From Planctomycetota bacterium (GTDB taxonomy: Bacteria; Planctomycetota; Phycisphaerae; Phycisphaerales; Phycisphaeraceae): a stretch of DNA of 7,048 nt. The stretch is taken from NCBI GenBank assembly GCA_039818285.1, contig JBCBUE010000001.1, forward strand, positions 16,332-23,379. Direction: 5' to 3'. A program made the translations under genes and the position numbers. Of the stretch, positions 6,004 through 7,048 are shown in pieces (positions within the stretch are counted from its first letter, which is position 1; the number at the start of each line of letters is the position of its first letter). Under the pieces are notes generated by a model. That model worked only from the letters and a program-made list of their open reading frames with translations. It was not told the DNA's origin and ran no database searches.

Positions 6004-6924
6004 ATGCTGTTCCCCGCCACCAAGACTCGTAATCCCGCTTCCGGCTTCACCCTGATCGAGCTGCTGGTTGTCATCAGCATCATCGCCCTGCTGATCGCCA
6101 TCCTGCTCCCGGCCCTCGGCGCCGCCCGCACCACCGCCCGCCAGCTCCAGAACAGCACGCAGCTCCGCGGCATCCATCAGGGCATGTTCGCCTTCGCGCA
6201 GGAGAACAAGGGCTGGTACCCCGGGCTCTCATCCGATGGCGATCCCATCACGAACTACGCCGCCGGCGGCCAGAACGGGGTCGCTCACGAGAACAACCCC
6301 AACGCGACCTATCGAGCGGCCGGCAACGGTACCTTCCCCTGGCGTCGCATCGCCATCTTGCTCGAAGGCAATTACTTCACGCCGGAGTACGCCATCAGCC
6401 CGGGCGAGACCGCCAATAAAACCGTCCCTGATATCAACGCCGCGGCCCCCGGCTCGAACGTGAATGTCGACAGCACCTCTTACGCCCTGTCGGTCATCCA
6501 GCTCCACCTAAATCCCGCTGGAAACGGCCAGGCCGTTTGGTCGTCTGGCGACTACCGCGCTCCCAACCGAAGCCTCGAATGGAACGCCACCGCGAATTCG
6601 TCGGCGATCGTCCTGGGCGACCGAGCGATCAATGATGCCGGTGTCGCGGGTAATGTCACCGCCCTCCCGAACGACGATTTTCACAGCATCTGGACCCGTC
6701 AGGGCAGCGGGAACTGGGCGGGCAGCACCGTGAGCAACGATGGCTCCACCTCTTTCGGCAACACGGCCGATGACTTTAGAACGCGGTACGCGGATGGGCA
6801 GACGGTCGAGAACGACCATCTGTTCTTCGAGGAGGACAACGGGGGCACCATGGCCGACGGCATCTGGTTGTCCAACGCTCGCCTCTCACTCCAGAACGCA
6901 AGCGCAACACTGACCGCCGAGTAA
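6004..6924 (+). CDS. Prepilin-type N-terminal cleavage/methylation domain protein (type IV pilin / T2SS pseudopilin-like, planctomycete DUF1559-like family)
   Basis: AAGGA (5993-5997) lies 6 nt upstream of the ATG. The N-terminus MLFPATKTRNPASG/FTLIELLVVISIIALLIAILLPAL is a class III signal: short basic leader, Gly at -1, Phe at +1, Glu at +5, and a hydrophobic helix. It is followed by ARTTARQLQNSTQLRGIHQGMFAFAQENKGWYPG, which resembles the conserved post-helix segment of DUF1559/Phycisphaerae pilin-like paralogues. The ORF ends in tandem stops, TAA TAA. Confidence 0.9.
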   Translation: MLFPATKTRNPASGFTLIELLVVISIIALLIAILLPALGAARTTARQLQNSTQLRGIHQGMFAFAQENKGWYPGLSSDGDPITNYAAGGQNGVAHENNPNATYRAAGNGTFPWRRIAILLEGNYFTPEYAISPGETANKTVPDINAAAPGSNVNVDSTSYALSVIQLHLNPAGNGQAVWSSGDYRAPNRSLEWNATANSSAIVLGDRAINDAGVAGNVTALPNDDFHSIWTRQGSGNWAGSTVSNDGSTSFGNTADDFRTRYADGQTVENDHLFFEEDNGGTMADGIWLSNARLSLQNASATLTAE

Positions 6925-6932
6925 TAATCCAC

Positions 6933-6966
6933 TGCGAGGCTCCCGGAACCGTCCCGGAGCCTCGCA
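6933..6966 (+). terminator. GC-rich stem-loop downstream of the pilin-like gene (possible intrinsic terminator without a U-tract)
   Basis: tgcgaggctcc (6933-6943) pairs perfectly with ggagcctcgca (6956-6966), giving an 11-bp stem. Two further G:C pairs (6945-6946 with 6953-6954) are possible across a C/C mismatch, leaving a 6-nt loop. The stem-loop starts 9 nt after the stop codon. No T-run follows, so terminator function is uncertain. Confidence 0.4.
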
Positions 6967-6977
6967 CATTCACCACC

Positions 6978-7048
6978 ATGCCCAGCCACCCGCGACCCGC
7001 CGCCCGTCGCCGCGCGCTCGAAGCGCTCGATCGGTTCACGATCGAGCT
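6978..7048 (+). CDS. Possible start of a further gene, 3'-truncated by the window edge (MPSHPRPAARRRALEALDRFTIE...)
   Basis: An ATG at 6978 opens a frame that runs to the window end with mostly G/C-ending codons. It is too short to classify and has no clear Shine-Dalgarno element (caccacc upstream). Confidence 0.2.
   Translation, partial: MPSHPRPAARRRALEALDRFTIE

Noticed and set aside
5754-6177. Minus-strand ORFs 5754-5963, 5801-5992, 5973-6173 and 5989-6177.
   Set aside because: These are Arg/Gly-rich translations antisense to the candidate small ORF and to the highly conserved pilin N-terminal helix. They are off-frame artefacts of GC-rich sequence.
6004-6924. Nine N-x-S/T sequons in the pilin-like protein, considered as possible N-glycosylation sites.
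   Set aside because: With 29 Asn and a Ser/Thr-rich composition, several sequons are expected by chance. Only one (E-W-N-A-T) fits the extended bacterial D/E-x-N-x-S/T sequon. No oligosaccharyltransferase is in the window.
1-7048. Scan for CRISPR repeats, tRNA/rRNA-like segments, terminal inverted repeats or transposase/integrase genes, and toxin-antitoxin or defence-type gene pairs.
   Set aside because: No periodic direct repeats and no cloverleaf-like or rRNA-like conserved stretches were recognised. No mobile-element or defence protein motifs appear in any long ORF. All large ORFs are accounted for by the sulfatases and the pilin-like protein.

Overview
GC-rich bacterial window: about 65% G+C in a hand-counted coding stretch, against 38-50% in the intergenic islands. 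Several S1 (formylglycine-type) sulfatases next to a DUF1559-like prepilin-type protein point to Planctomycetota, possibly Phycisphaerae-like. That taxon call is an inference from family content, not a search result. Contents, left to right: (1) a 5'-truncated arylsulfatase with a C-terminal Ig-like domain (+); (2) a complete secreted sulfatase with a Pro/Ala linker and an uncharacterised C-terminal module (+); (3) a complete secreted sulfatase on the minus strand, convergent with (2); (4) a ~420-bp divergent intergenic region holding an AT-rich island and a candidate 39-aa small ORF; (5) a prepilin-type N-terminal cleavage/methylation-domain protein (+); (6) a GC-rich hairpin and the possible start of another gene at the right edge. 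I saw no tRNA/rRNA, CRISPR array, IS/transposase, integrase, or recognisable defence or toxin modules. I cannot support a clear novel multi-gene system here; this looks like an ordinary planctomycete-style sulfatase locus. The points most worth a second look are as follows. Two of the three sulfatases deviate at different key positions of the C-x-P-x-R formylglycine motif (C-V-V-S-R and C-S-P-S-K). Two sulfatases carry non-catalytic C-terminal modules. A small ORF with coding-like codon statistics lies upstream of the pilin-like gene. All homology statements come from motif recognition by eye, not database searches.
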